The position numbers and the translations under genes were made by a program. Below the pieces are notes generated by a model that did no database searches, had not been told where the DNA came from, and saw nothing but the letters and a program-made list of their open reading frames with translations. Positions 19,574 to 28,879 of a DNA stretch of 64,000 nt are shown piece after piece. Source of the DNA: Candidatus Collierbacteria bacterium. Lineage in GTDB: Bacteria; Patescibacteriota; Microgenomatia; UBA1400; MFAQ01. Where the stretch lies: positions 18,648 to 82,647 of the forward strand of contig CAISLM010000072.1 in assembly GCA_903886255.1 (NCBI GenBank), read 5' to 3'. Each line of letters starts with the position of its first letter. The first letter of the stretch is position 1.

Positions 19574-21499
19574 TTGTTTGGGTTAATTTTAGCACGTATA
19601 ATAGAAGACATGAAGACTCAAGTAAAATTTGCCGTTGCACAAGTTGAAGTTGTTGCAGGAAGGCCAGACTTAAATGTTAAAAAAATAATCAACGAAATTA
19701 AAAAGGCAAAACAACGCGGTATTGACGTTATTTTGTTTTCGGAGATGGTAGTGCCGGGATATCTTTTGGGTGACGAATGGGAGAACGATAGTTTTATAAA
19801 AGATCTACTGCAATACAATGAAGATATTTTGAAAGAGAGTGAAGGAATTACAGTAATCTGGGGAAATGTTTTTGCGGAATTGGATAAAAAAGGCGAAGAT
19901 GGTCGGTTGAGAAAATATAACGCGGTACATATTGCGCAAAATGGTAAATGGATAAACAATGGTGTTTTTGAAGGGCATACCTACAAAACACTGATGCCAA
20001 AATATCGGGAGTTTGATGACGAGAGACATTTTTATTCAACTTTGAAACTTGCAAATGAGCAGAAAAAAAGTTTAACAGAACTTCTCAAACCATTTCCGAT
20101 AAAGATAAAGGGTGAGGATGTTTTGATTGGTGTAATACTTTGTGAAGATATGTGGTGCGATGATTATGCGGACAATCCGACCAAAATATTGGTTGACAAC
20201 GGAGCCGAAATTATAGTCAACCTTTCGTGTTCCCCTTGGACCTGGAGGAAAAATGATAAACGGCATCGTGTAGTGAAATCACTCCTTGAGAAAAGTCCAG
20301 TTCCCTTTTTGTATTGCAATAACGTGGGGACTCAAAATAATGGAAAAAATATATTTTTGTTTGATGGAAATTCAACAATTTATAATAGCGACGGAACTTT
20401 AATGGCGACAACCAAAGATTACGCCGAGGAGACAATCGATGTTGTAATCGATGGAAGTAAACACGAATCACACGTTTCCCCCGAGAGTCCGGAAAGAGAC
20501 ACACAAGAACTTTATGATGGTTTGATTTATGGAATAAAACATTTCATGGGATCGCTTGGAAAAAAAGATGTCATTATTGGTCTGAGTGGCGGAGTGGACT
20601 CGGCCGTGTCGGCGGCTTTGATGGCGGCATCGGTTGGACCGGAACATGTATTTGCCGTAAATATGCCTTCAATTTTCAACTCCTCACTAACTAAAAATGC
20701 CGCATTAGAATTGGCGGAAAAAATGGGAATTAATTATGCGATTATTCCAATCCAAGAAGCAGTCGATCTAACAACAAACCAGTTGAAAAATGTTAAGTTC
20801 GTTAGGCAAGATGGTTCACAAACAGAAACAAAAGTGGCAGTGGATGATATGGTACTCCAAAATATTCAGGCTAGAGACAGAGGCAGCAGAGTTCTAGCCG
20901 CCGTAGCCGCAGGTATGGGAGCTGTATTTACAAATAACGGAAACAAAACAGAGACAACAATCGGTTACGCAACTTTATATGGCGACGTAGATGGTGCGAT
21001 TGCCCCGATTGCAGATTTATACAAAGCGGAGGTGTATCAACTGGCCAACTATATAAACAAGTTGGCAGGAAAAGAAATCATTCCGGCTGTCGTAATTAAT
21101 GTAGTACCTTCTGCAGAGCTCAGTAGTTCACAGGATGTCACCAAGGGGCTAGGAGATCCAATTAAATATCCATATCACGATATGCTATTTAAGGCATTCG
21201 TGGAGTTTCGGAGAGATCCGGAATATATCCTTGATTTATATATTCAAGGAAAGTTGGAAAATGAACTCCGAATAAAGTCCGGACTAATTAACCAGTACTT
21301 CCCTACTCCGGTAGAATTTGTTGCCGATTTGGAAAATAAATGGAGACTTTACAAAATAAATTTTTTCAAGAGAATTCAATGTCCCCCAATTATCGCCGTT
21401 AGTCGACGGGCGTTTGGATTTGATCTTCGTGAGGCACAAAACTCGGCATATTTTACGAGGGGATACTACAAACTCAAACAAGATTTGTTGGAAAAATAA
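19574..21499 (+). CDS. nadE: Glutamine-dependent NAD+ synthetase (N-terminal CN-hydrolase domain plus C-terminal NAD synthetase domain)
   Basis: PP-loop motif GLSGGVDSAVSAAL and a nitrilase-like N-terminal domain. An alternative start lies at the Met at 19610. Confidence 0.85.
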   Translation: MFGLILARIIEDMKTQVKFAVAQVEVVAGRPDLNVKKIINEIKKAKQRGIDVILFSEMVVPGYLLGDEWENDSFIKDLLQYNEDILKESEGITVIWGNVFAELDKKGEDGRLRKYNAVHIAQNGKWINNGVFEGHTYKTLMPKYREFDDERHFYSTLKLANEQKKSLTELLKPFPIKIKGEDVLIGVILCEDMWCDDYADNPTKILVDNGAEIIVNLSCSPWTWRKNDKRHRVVKSLLEKSPVPFLYCNNVGTQNNGKNIFLFDGNSTIYNSDGTLMATTKDYAEETIDVVIDGSKHESHVSPESPERDTQELYDGLIYGIKHFMGSLGKKDVIIGLSGGVDSAVSAALMAASVGPEHVFAVNMPSIFNSSLTKNAALELAEKMGINYAIIPIQEAVDLTTNQLKNVKFVRQDGSQTETKVAVDDMVLQNIQARDRGSRVLAAVAAGMGAVFTNNGNKTETTIGYATLYGDVDGAIAPIADLYKAEVYQLANYINKLAGKEIIPAVVINVVPSAELSSSQDVTKGLGDPIKYPYHDMLFKAFVEFRRDPEYILDLYIQGKLENELRIKSGLINQYFPTPVEFVADLENKWRLYKINFFKRIQCPPIIAVSRRAFGFDLREAQNSAYFTRGYYKLKQDLLEK

Positions 21500-21520
21500 A
21501 ACCAGCCCGGGTGGGCTGGT
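21492..21520. terminator. Terminator hairpin between convergent genes
   Basis: ACCAGCCC-gggt-GGGCTGGT, with a T-rich tract on the minus strand. Confidence 0.5.
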
Positions 21521-21527
21521 GTGATAC

Positions 21528-22058
21528 TTAAATGTCCGTGAAAAAGGAGTAACGAAGAGCTTCAATACGAGACAGTTCAGATTTTAGTTTTTTAACAACT
21601 CCGGCGAGATAATCCATGTACTGGAAAATGAATTCTTCCGTGGTAAGAATGGGAAGTTTTTCAATTACATATTCGCTTGCATATGAACTGACTTTTATCG
21701 CTCCTTCTTGAAGACCGTGCTGGACAATGACCCAAGGCCGCTCCAGGTCACACCATATTGGCACATCCCAACCGGCCAGGCCAAGTGACTGGGCGTCGGC
21801 CTCTTGAAGAAGGGTTCGGGCTTTGAATTCCGGGTCGTTCTCAAGGGCGCCAATAGCAAGCCAAATTTGAACGGGTTGGTCTGGTTTTGCAGGAACAACT
21901 GTGGAAAAGGGCTTATCTAGCTTAAGTTGGGCAAGAATTTGCTTAAGATCGTACTTGATTTCCATAACCTTTAGCCTCCGTTTGCGGTAAATGTGCTTTA
22001 CAAAATCTGGGATTTTGATTGATTCCGGTATTATAGGATTGTCATTCAAAATAGTCAA
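21528..22058 (-). CDS. Hypothetical protein
   Basis: ORF with no motif I can name. The true start may be the internal Met (MEIKYDL). Confidence 0.35.
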   Translation of the reverse strand: MTILNDNPIIPESIKIPDFVKHIYRKRRLKVMEIKYDLKQILAQLKLDKPFSTVVPAKPDQPVQIWLAIGALENDPEFKARTLLQEADAQSLGLAGWDVPIWCDLERPWVIVQHGLQEGAIKVSSYASEYVIEKLPILTTEEFIFQYMDYLAGVVKKLKSELSRIEALRYSFFTDI

Positions 22059-22080
22059 TAATCTGTGCGAAAATAGAGAT

Positions 22081-22833
22081 ATGGAAAAAAGAGAAACATC
22101 ATGGGGTAGCGTATCTAAATGGTACGGGGGAATTGTGGGAGAAAAAGGACATTTCTTTCACCAGACCCTCGTTATCCCAGGGGCACTTCGACTTCTGGAT
22201 ATAAAAAATGGAGATCGAATACTAGATGTGGCGTGTGGACAAGGAGTATTGGCCAGAAGGTTACCGGGCGAAGTTTCTTATACCGGAGTAGATATGGCAC
22301 GGGGGTTGATAGATGAAGCAAAACGAATGGACAAAAACAAGAAACACAAATACATAGTCGCTGATGTAACAAAAAGTATTCCCGCCGAAGAAAAATATAA
22401 TAAGGCGGCAATATTATTGGCTCTTCAAAATATAAAAGAGCCGGATAAAACCATAAAACTTGTGTCTGAGAAGTTAGATAAGAGTGGAAAAATGCTGATT
22501 GTATTGAACCATCCCTGTTTTAGAATTCCCCGACAGAGTAGTTGGGAAAATGATCCCAAAAATAAACTGCAATATCGCAGAATAAACAGATATATGTCTC
22601 CTCTGGAAATCCCGATCAATATGCACCCCGGAGACAGAAATTCCCCTGTGACTTGGTCATTTCATCTGCCCATTGAAGAATATTCGAAAATGCTTTTTGA
22701 TAACGGATTTCTAATTGAGAAAATCGAAGAATGGACTTCAGATAAAGAAAGTGTCGGTAAAATGGCAAAGTCTGAAAATAGAGCCAGAGACGAATTCCCG
22801 ATGTTTATGGCGATCCTGGCAATTAAGAAATGA
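22081..22833 (+). CDS. Class I SAM-dependent methyltransferase
   Basis: SAM-binding motif I (ILDVACGQGVLARRL). The start is moved to the Met at 22081 to avoid the ORF-track overlap with the upstream gene. Confidence 0.65.
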   Translation: MEKRETSWGSVSKWYGGIVGEKGHFFHQTLVIPGALRLLDIKNGDRILDVACGQGVLARRLPGEVSYTGVDMARGLIDEAKRMDKNKKHKYIVADVTKSIPAEEKYNKAAILLALQNIKEPDKTIKLVSEKLDKSGKMLIVLNHPCFRIPRQSSWENDPKNKLQYRRINRYMSPLEIPINMHPGDRNSPVTWSFHLPIEEYSKMLFDNGFLIEKIEEWTSDKESVGKMAKSENRARDEFPMFMAILAIKK

Positions 22834-22863
22834 AAGTATTTAATTATTAATTTTAATAAACAA

Positions 22864-23061
22864 ATGAAAGACGAACATTGTAGTGGTCACTGCCATCATG
22901 TCGGTGGTTCTGATGGAATTTATGGTGTCGGAGTTATCGGAGCGTTAGTATATTTTTTACATGGTGTGGTAGGATTTGTACCGGTGATAGTTGGTATCGT
23001 TAAAGCATTTTTCTGGCCGGCATTTATCGTGTTTAAAGTTTTGACGCTTCTCAATATATAG
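22864..23061 (+). CDS. Small His/Cys-rich membrane peptide (65 aa)
   Basis: MKDEHCSGHCHHVGG followed by a Gly-rich hydrophobic helix pair; it sits between two methyltransferase genes. Confidence 0.35.
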   Translation: MKDEHCSGHCHHVGGSDGIYGVGVIGALVYFLHGVVGFVPVIVGIVKAFFWPAFIVFKVLTLLNI

Positions 23062-23069
23062 GCATAATC

Positions 23070-23891
23070 TTGTATAGTAGTGATATGGATGAAATCGTAA
23101 ACCCCAATCGTTATCTGGAAAGAATGAGCAAACCGCTACAGGAAAAACTGAAAGTGGCTAAGTTTATTCCCGAAGGAACAAAAACAGTACTGGATGTTGG
23201 CTGTGCCGACGGCACAGTTACATTGGCTTTGGCAGAAATGTATCCGGAAATTAAATTCGTAGGGATTGATTTGAATAAAGAATTCATTGAGGACGCCAAG
23301 ATAAAGGCGGCCGGAAAAACAAATGTTAGTTTTGAGAATGTCTATCTTAGGGAACGATTATCAAACCCAGAAAGGTTTGACGTGGTTTTGTTTTGTTCGG
23401 TATTACATGAGTTTTATTCCTATGGAGAAGGGATTTCAACAGTAGTAAAGGCCTTGGCCGATGCTCACGAAATATTGAAAAAGAACGGAAGATTAATTAT
23501 CCGTGACATGATTCTTTATGACTACGCGGGAAAATCGCAGTTATGGGTAAAAGAAATGAAAGAAAAAGTAACAGTAAAAGGAGAAATTGCCCATCTATTG
23601 GCTGATTTTGAGACAATTTTCGGAGAAACTGTAAGTGTAAAGCAGTTGAATCATTTCCTTTTGAAATATATGTACGGAGATAACTGGGAAAGAGAAGGAA
23701 GGGAAAACTATGTTCCGGTAAGCTTCGAAGAATATGATCAGATTTTTAAACTCCTGGGAATGATGGTGCTGTTTCAGCGGTCTTCAACCATCCCCTATCT
23801 GAAGGAAAAGTGGCGGACCGATTTTGGCTTCGCAGATAGTGAACTGGAAAGCTTCCGATCGACAGGGATAATTGCCGCCAAAAAATTGTAA
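23070..23891 (+). CDS. Class I SAM-dependent methyltransferase
   Basis: Motif I VLDVGCADGTVTLALAE; motif II region (VVLFCSVLHEF). Confidence 0.65.
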   Translation: MYSSDMDEIVNPNRYLERMSKPLQEKLKVAKFIPEGTKTVLDVGCADGTVTLALAEMYPEIKFVGIDLNKEFIEDAKIKAAGKTNVSFENVYLRERLSNPERFDVVLFCSVLHEFYSYGEGISTVVKALADAHEILKKNGRLIIRDMILYDYAGKSQLWVKEMKEKVTVKGEIAHLLADFETIFGETVSVKQLNHFLLKYMYGDNWEREGRENYVPVSFEEYDQIFKLLGMMVLFQRSSTIPYLKEKWRTDFGFADSELESFRSTGIIAAKKL

Positions 23892-23935
23892 TAAGTTATA
23901 ATACCCGCATACTTTGACAAATAGGAGGTTTTTCA

Positions 23936-24379
23936 GTGAACAAAACTGTGTTTATTGCTGCTGATAAGTTTTTCTCAAGAATTTCCTCGAACAAAAGTAA
24001 TTCAACCGTATTGCAGGATATATTGGAAATCGAGAAATTGGGCGAATTGGTAATCTCCCGCCTGGAAGTATTGGAGAAAGATGACGAAATACTTTGGTGG
24101 GAAGATAAAGAATTAATTAGAACCTTTGATAAACTTTTTCAGGCTGGGATCGTTTTGCTCCCAAATGATCCCGTGGATCGATACCGATGGATCGCATTGG
24201 TGTGTATCTCCTTCAGCGAAAAGGGAGGTTTTTCATACGGGAATCTTCTTTTCTCGGTAGATTATCTGCCTGACGAGATGCTGCCCGAAAGGGAAGAAAG
24301 GTTTGGTGTGGGGATTATCGAGGAAGAACAACAATTTCGTAAAAAATTGGCGAATGAAGGCTGGAAAAGCTTACTTTGA
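23936..24379 (+). CDS. Hypothetical protein
   Basis: ORF followed by a strong terminator. Confidence 0.4.
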   Translation: MNKTVFIAADKFFSRISSNKSNSTVLQDILEIEKLGELVISRLEVLEKDDEILWWEDKELIRTFDKLFQAGIVLLPNDPVDRYRWIALVCISFSEKGGFSYGNLLFSVDYLPDEMLPEREERFGVGIIEEEQQFRKKLANEGWKSLL

Positions 24380-24389
24380 GTTAATTTAT

Positions 24390-24413
24390 GGCCGGATCGT
24401 ATCCGGCCTTTTT
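24390..24413 (+). terminator. Rho-independent terminator
   Basis: GGCCGGAT-cgt-ATCCGGCC followed by TTTTT. Confidence 0.7.
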
Positions 24414-24443
24414 GTGCCCATGAATGGTAAAATATGGATATAT

Positions 24444-24515
24444 TGCCGGATCGTCTAATGGTTGGACGCCACCCTCTGGAGGTGGATATTCTAGGTTCGA
24501 GTCCTAGTCCGGCAA
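24444..24515 (+). tRNA. tRNA-Gln (anticodon CUG)
   Basis: Hand-folded cloverleaf:
- Acceptor stem TGCCGGA/TCCGGCA (U1:A72).
- D-arm GTCT-AATGGTT-GGAC.
- Anticodon stem CCACC/GGTGG with loop CTCTGGA (U33, anticodon CTG).
- T-arm CTAGG-TTCGAGT-CCTAG.
- Discriminator A; no encoded CCA. Confidence 0.8.
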
Positions 24516-24813
24516 CACTTCGGGACAAATCGGTAGGAACGGGGTCAGTCGCCCGCGCGCCCACCCACGCGCGGAGCGATGCGAAGGGCTTTTCCCATTC
24601 CACAATAATCTGTTTATCTTTCAAAAAGAAGTTCGAACCGATGTTTTGGACGAAGATCCGCAGATCTGAGTCCACGGAACCCTTGCGCGCGAATATCTAG
24701 TGAGGATGAAACACTTCAGGAGCTAAATCTATTTTCTCCAGAATATAAAGTTTTTAAGAACATAAAATTCGAAGGATCGTATAACCTTTTTGGTCAGCGA
24801 TTTCTCTACGAGT

Positions 24814-27795
24814 TTATAAACCAAAGTATTTTATGATTTTCTGCCAGAATGACTGTTGGGAGGCGATGGTAGTTTGATTTGGGGATGGATTGAGATTGAC
24901 TGCTGGTGTGATTTGATCAACCGGTGCAACTAGTTCAGAAGATTTAACAGGTTCAACTAATTTGGGATAAGTGGGTTGAACTCGGATAGACGTTGAAGTT
25001 TTTTTAGTGACCGGTATGGCCAGTTTGCTTTTGAAATAATTTTGGCTATTAGTATTAATTTTCAAAATATTACTCCAGTCTCCCGGCATACAGCCATTTT
25101 GTTCACGAACTTTGAAATAATAAGTTGTATGTGGTTTCAACGCGTTGACAGTGAAACTTTGAACACCTTGTTTGGAAAGATTGATTATACCAGTGCCGTG
25201 TTTTTCCGCGTTTGGCGAGGTCGAGAAACTAATGTAGTAACTTTCGGTGTCTGCCGAGGGCGAAAAATACAATTTAGCAAGTGTTAATCCAGTGTTGATC
25301 TGAAAGAGATTTGGCGCAGACCGAGGTTTCTTGTCTCCGCAGACAAAGACAGTACCGGAATTTCCATTTGAACCAGTTGTAGGCGTCGAATTTGAATCAC
25401 TATTTGATGACGAAATAAGACTGTCGACAACAGTAAACGTAGTAAAGTGTGCGACGGAAAAAGTAAGTATGTGAATGATATGATCGTAATTCACATTAGA
25501 AATAACATTTCCAATATCAGACTCACCATTGACTAAAATCTTCGGATTATCGAAATCCAGATTGTAAATCGTTATCTCTGCCTCCGTGGGCAAAATCCCG
25601 TTTACAGCCTCGGTGTCAAGTCTGACAAAATTAGAGGCTAGACCTAAATATGTTGAAAGATTTTTTATCCAGTTAATAACATCAGGGTCTGTCAAGTCTG
25701 CACTTAACGGAAGTACGATCTTGGCAATTCCGGGTTTTTCGAAATAGATATTACTGGCGTGAGACAGATCGTTATAAGAGTCTAAATTAGTTAAAATACC
25801 TTGGGCTGCAAGTGTCTCCGTAATCGTTACAAAAGGATTTTCAACAGTACCGACATACAAGAAGCCACCTTCTGAACTTGCAACCGAAACAACTGACCCA
25901 TCACTCGACACGGAAGAGCATTGCCACTTCCCGGCTTTAACCAGATCAGTTTCTTTATGCCAGGTCGTACCACTATCAATCGAAGTATATACATCACTAT
26001 CACCAGATATCACAATTGTTGTACCGCCTGATGACATTGACGCAGAATTCCACCATTGGGATTCCAAACCAGTTACTTGTTGCCACGATGTGCCGGAGTT
26101 TAGTGAAAGATATACTAAATTTCTTGGCCCAACAACGAGGATGACACTTCCATCAAAAGACATCGCTATGTCAGAGAACCAGGAATTTTCTGGTAATCCC
26201 ACAAGACTTCCCCATGTGGACCCGAAGTCGTTTGAGATATATGTTTGGTTATTGTTACTACCCTGAGCAATTATTTTGTTGCCATCTCCTGAAATCACAA
26301 CCTTAGACCATGGAATGGTACCTGCAGACAAATGTTTTGTCCAATGGCTACCATAATCTGAGGAAGTAAAAATGTTTCCACTTGGATCACAATCCGGATC
26401 ACAACCATACCCAGCATTCGCTGCCACTTGCTTATCACCATCAGAAGAAGCGGAAATTGATTGCCAGAAAGCTCTTCCACCATCAACCGATTCAGCCCAA
26501 TTTTTCCCGGCGTTACTTGATGTGTAGATGCCGCCGACAATTCTTTGGGCATCATTAGTGTCAGAATATGTTACGGCCGATATGTGATTTCCATCGCTCG
26601 ACAAAGTAGACTGCCTCCACACACCTCCGGGTAGATTTGTCTGTCTCTCCCAGCTCTCACCTGCATTTCGTGATATTGACAGAAACGATGAATTGCTAGA
26701 GCCCGATGAGGCAATTATGGTATGACTGTCCTTTAGTCCGGAAATGTTTGACCAGAGACCCCCAGCGCCACCGTCATGTCTCGTCCAAGTGTCACCATAA
26801 TTTGCTGAGAAAAAGATACCTGAGTTGCTAGTAATAATGAGGTGGCTAGCATCTGCCTGCATCGTTAAGGCCTGAGGGACGTCACCGCCATCAAAGACAG
26901 AAGCGATATTATGAGTACTCCAGGTTATGCCAGAGTCAACTGAGATAAAGAGATTAGTACCAGACAATAACGCAATAGATTGACCATTTGGAGAAAAAGA
27001 GATTTTGGGGCTGTACATATCATCATGATTATCAAATGGTTCCGGTTGAGACCATGAAATATTTGAGGTCGATGAAAAATATTCTCTATATATGTCTTCA
27101 TCATCGTCAGCGTTGACAATTATTTTTAAGCCATCAGGTGAGATCGAAATATCACCAATATAAGGGACATAGGAGTCTGGAGCAGAATGTGTCGACCAAC
27201 TCGTCCCATAATCGGTTGAAAGGTAAAGTATGTCTCTCACCACACTTACAACAGCCAAAACTTGACCATTACTTGACGAGGCAACTGTGAAACCATTAAC
27301 TTTTCCTCCAGGTTGTTCACTCCAGTTTTGTCCGGAATTAGTGGAAATGTATATGACACCATCTTGAGTGGAAATAATTAATTTGGTTCCGTCTGAGGAA
27401 GAGGCCGCGGTTGCCCAACCAGTATAGTTGTCACCTAGGGAAGTAACTTCCGACCAAGTGAGTCCGAAATTTGATGATATTTTTGGGTGGCCTTGGTTTG
27501 GTAGGGCAATTATTTTATTGCCATCTGCTGAGGCAGAAACAAGACGCCAGTTATTATATCCAGCGTTGATTCTGGGAATCCAACTCTCACCAGAGTTTTG
27601 GGAGACGTTGATGTAACCAGGAAAGGTCGTATAGATTAATCTGTGGCCATCAGCTGTTGAAATAATACTGGGTTTATAAACATCGCTGTTGGCAGAAGTT
27701 CGTATCCATGTAAAAGCTAAAGATTTAGTCGGTAAGAAGAGGCTAACTAAACAAAAAAGCGTGGAGATTAAGACTATTGCAGGGATAGTTTTCAT
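24814..27795 (-). CDS. Large secreted BNR/Asp-box repeat protein (beta-propeller, sortilin/sialidase-like) with a C-terminal fibronectin-III-like domain
   Basis: Signal peptide, then at least 12 S-x-D-x-G-x-T/S-W Asp-box motifs (SNFGLTWSE, TNSGQNWSE, SVDSGITWST, SANYGDTWTR, SSDYGSHWTK and others). An FN3-like C-terminal region follows (TYYFKVREQNGCMPGDWS). Confidence 0.75.
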   Translation of the reverse strand: MKTIPAIVLISTLFCLVSLFLPTKSLAFTWIRTSANSDVYKPSIISTADGHRLIYTTFPGYINVSQNSGESWIPRINAGYNNWRLVSASADGNKIIALPNQGHPKISSNFGLTWSEVTSLGDNYTGWATAASSSDGTKLIISTQDGVIYISTNSGQNWSEQPGGKVNGFTVASSSNGQVLAVVSVVRDILYLSTDYGTSWSTHSAPDSYVPYIGDISISPDGLKIIVNADDDEDIYREYFSSTSNISWSQPEPFDNHDDMYSPKISFSPNGQSIALLSGTNLFISVDSGITWSTHNIASVFDGGDVPQALTMQADASHLIITSNSGIFFSANYGDTWTRHDGGAGGLWSNISGLKDSHTIIASSGSSNSSFLSISRNAGESWERQTNLPGGVWRQSTLSSDGNHISAVTYSDTNDAQRIVGGIYTSSNAGKNWAESVDGGRAFWQSISASSDGDKQVAANAGYGCDPDCDPSGNIFTSSDYGSHWTKHLSAGTIPWSKVVISGDGNKIIAQGSNNNQTYISNDFGSTWGSLVGLPENSWFSDIAMSFDGSVILVVGPRNLVYLSLNSGTSWQQVTGLESQWWNSASMSSGGTTIVISGDSDVYTSIDSGTTWHKETDLVKAGKWQCSSVSSDGSVVSVASSEGGFLYVGTVENPFVTITETLAAQGILTNLDSYNDLSHASNIYFEKPGIAKIVLPLSADLTDPDVINWIKNLSTYLGLASNFVRLDTEAVNGILPTEAEITIYNLDFDNPKILVNGESDIGNVISNVNYDHIIHILTFSVAHFTTFTVVDSLISSSNSDSNSTPTTGSNGNSGTVFVCGDKKPRSAPNLFQINTGLTLAKLYFSPSADTESYYISFSTSPNAEKHGTGIINLSKQGVQSFTVNALKPHTTYYFKVREQNGCMPGDWSNILKINTNSQNYFKSKLAIPVTKKTSTSIRVQPTYPKLVEPVKSSELVAPVDQITPAVNLNPSPNQTTIASQQSFWQKIIKYFGL

Positions 27796-28047
27796 GTATA
27801 GTTAAGAATATCATAACGAAGAATCGGTCAATCGCCCATACCCGTCTTTGAATTGTTCGTCATTTTACCGCTTTGCTACTTTCAAAAAGGTTTTGAGCGA
27901 GAGAAAATTGCTTGGAACAAATAAGATACTATCTATTGCTAGGGTCCTAAATATATCATCACGTCTGAGCTTTTTTTCTTTTTATAATGAGGCAACCATT
28001 ATAGTGATGGTAATGTCCGTGATCGCACGGCTCAACTGAAAGCCTAA

Positions 28048-28665
28048 CTATGAAGGAAATAGCGTATTAGAGTCCGATTTCAGTGCTCCAATAACATACC
28101 TTTCTGCCATTATTTTTCCGTCATCATTAATACCGTCTATTATTTTAGGCTCGATCATAATTATTTCTTCCTGATCAGAACCAGGAAGCTTGCCTAACAT
28201 TAAATTATGAAGAAGAAGAGTGTCTAGCTCAATAAAGATTCCCTGACTCGTGAGGGAAACTATTGCATCTTTGAAGCGATTCCATTGTTCCTTTGATGGT
28301 CGTTGAATAATTTCCCCATTTCTATTTGAGATTATCGATCCTTGAACCTCCTCGACTAAAATACCATCGTTGTTAGCTGATTGGTATTTTCCAAGATATC
28401 CAGGAACATGATTCGGAATTAAAAGTTTTAACTTCCAAAGATCTTGCGCTTCAACGTTTGTTTGCATTTTTTCAACTTCAGTCAAACGGACATTTGAATC
28501 TTTCCTGAAAATTCTTGCCAATTTCAACATTGCTCTTCTATTTTCATTTCCATCATCAATTTCAACCCTAAATACTCTTTTAAACTTTCCACCCTCACTT
28601 TTTGAATCAACGATTCGGATATTGTCTTTTGAGTAAATAGATTCTCCTGTTGGGTTTGCTTCCAT
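28048..28665 (-). CDS. Hypothetical protein
   Basis: ORF only. Confidence 0.4.
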   Translation of the reverse strand: MEANPTGESIYSKDNIRIVDSKSEGGKFKRVFRVEIDDGNENRRAMLKLARIFRKDSNVRLTEVEKMQTNVEAQDLWKLKLLIPNHVPGYLGKYQSANNDGILVEEVQGSIISNRNGEIIQRPSKEQWNRFKDAIVSLTSQGIFIELDTLLLHNLMLGKLPGSDQEEIIMIEPKIIDGINDDGKIMAERYVIGALKSDSNTLFPS

Positions 28666-28879
28666 TGAGTTGATTGTATCAATAAGAATAAGACAAATGA
28701 ATTTTCAATAAATTTAAATCAAGGGGTAGCTCGATCCTTCGGTTCCTGAAAATGTCAACTAGGGGCAACCAAGTTGGACTCTATCAGATTGTGATGCCTA
28801 AAATCGGTTGACGTGTCCCAGAAAAGCTCATTTGTAATTGGAAGTCTCGGACCATACGCTCGTCCTCCAGTAATTTCCT

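Noticed and set aside
24262-24700. ORFs 24262..24675 (-) and 24434..24700 (+) spanning the tRNA-Gln and the GC-rich segment
   Set aside because: They overlap a well-folded tRNA, and the GC-rich palindromic DNA naturally lacks stops. Their residues (Arg/Ala/Pro-rich) reflect GC content and not coding.
24516-24712. tmRNA, SRP RNA, 5S rRNA or a second tRNA in the GC-rich segment
   Set aside because: The region has no tmRNA 5'/3' acceptor/T-arm consensus (GGGG...CCACCA), no SRP domain-IV GGAA/AGCAGC motif, no 5S loop motifs, and no cloverleaf I could fold on either strand. It is left as an unassigned structured element.
25000-27700. Periodic recurrence that could suggest a DNA tandem repeat or CRISPR-like array
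   Set aside because: The recurrence is at protein-motif level only: Asp-box SxDxGxTW roughly every 60-90 aa with divergent codons. There are no identical DNA repeats and no spacer architecture.
27848-28039. 63-aa plus-strand ORF in the intergenic region upstream of the BNR gene
   Set aside because: No RBS, poor composition, and it lies in a divergent promoter region. Likely spurious.
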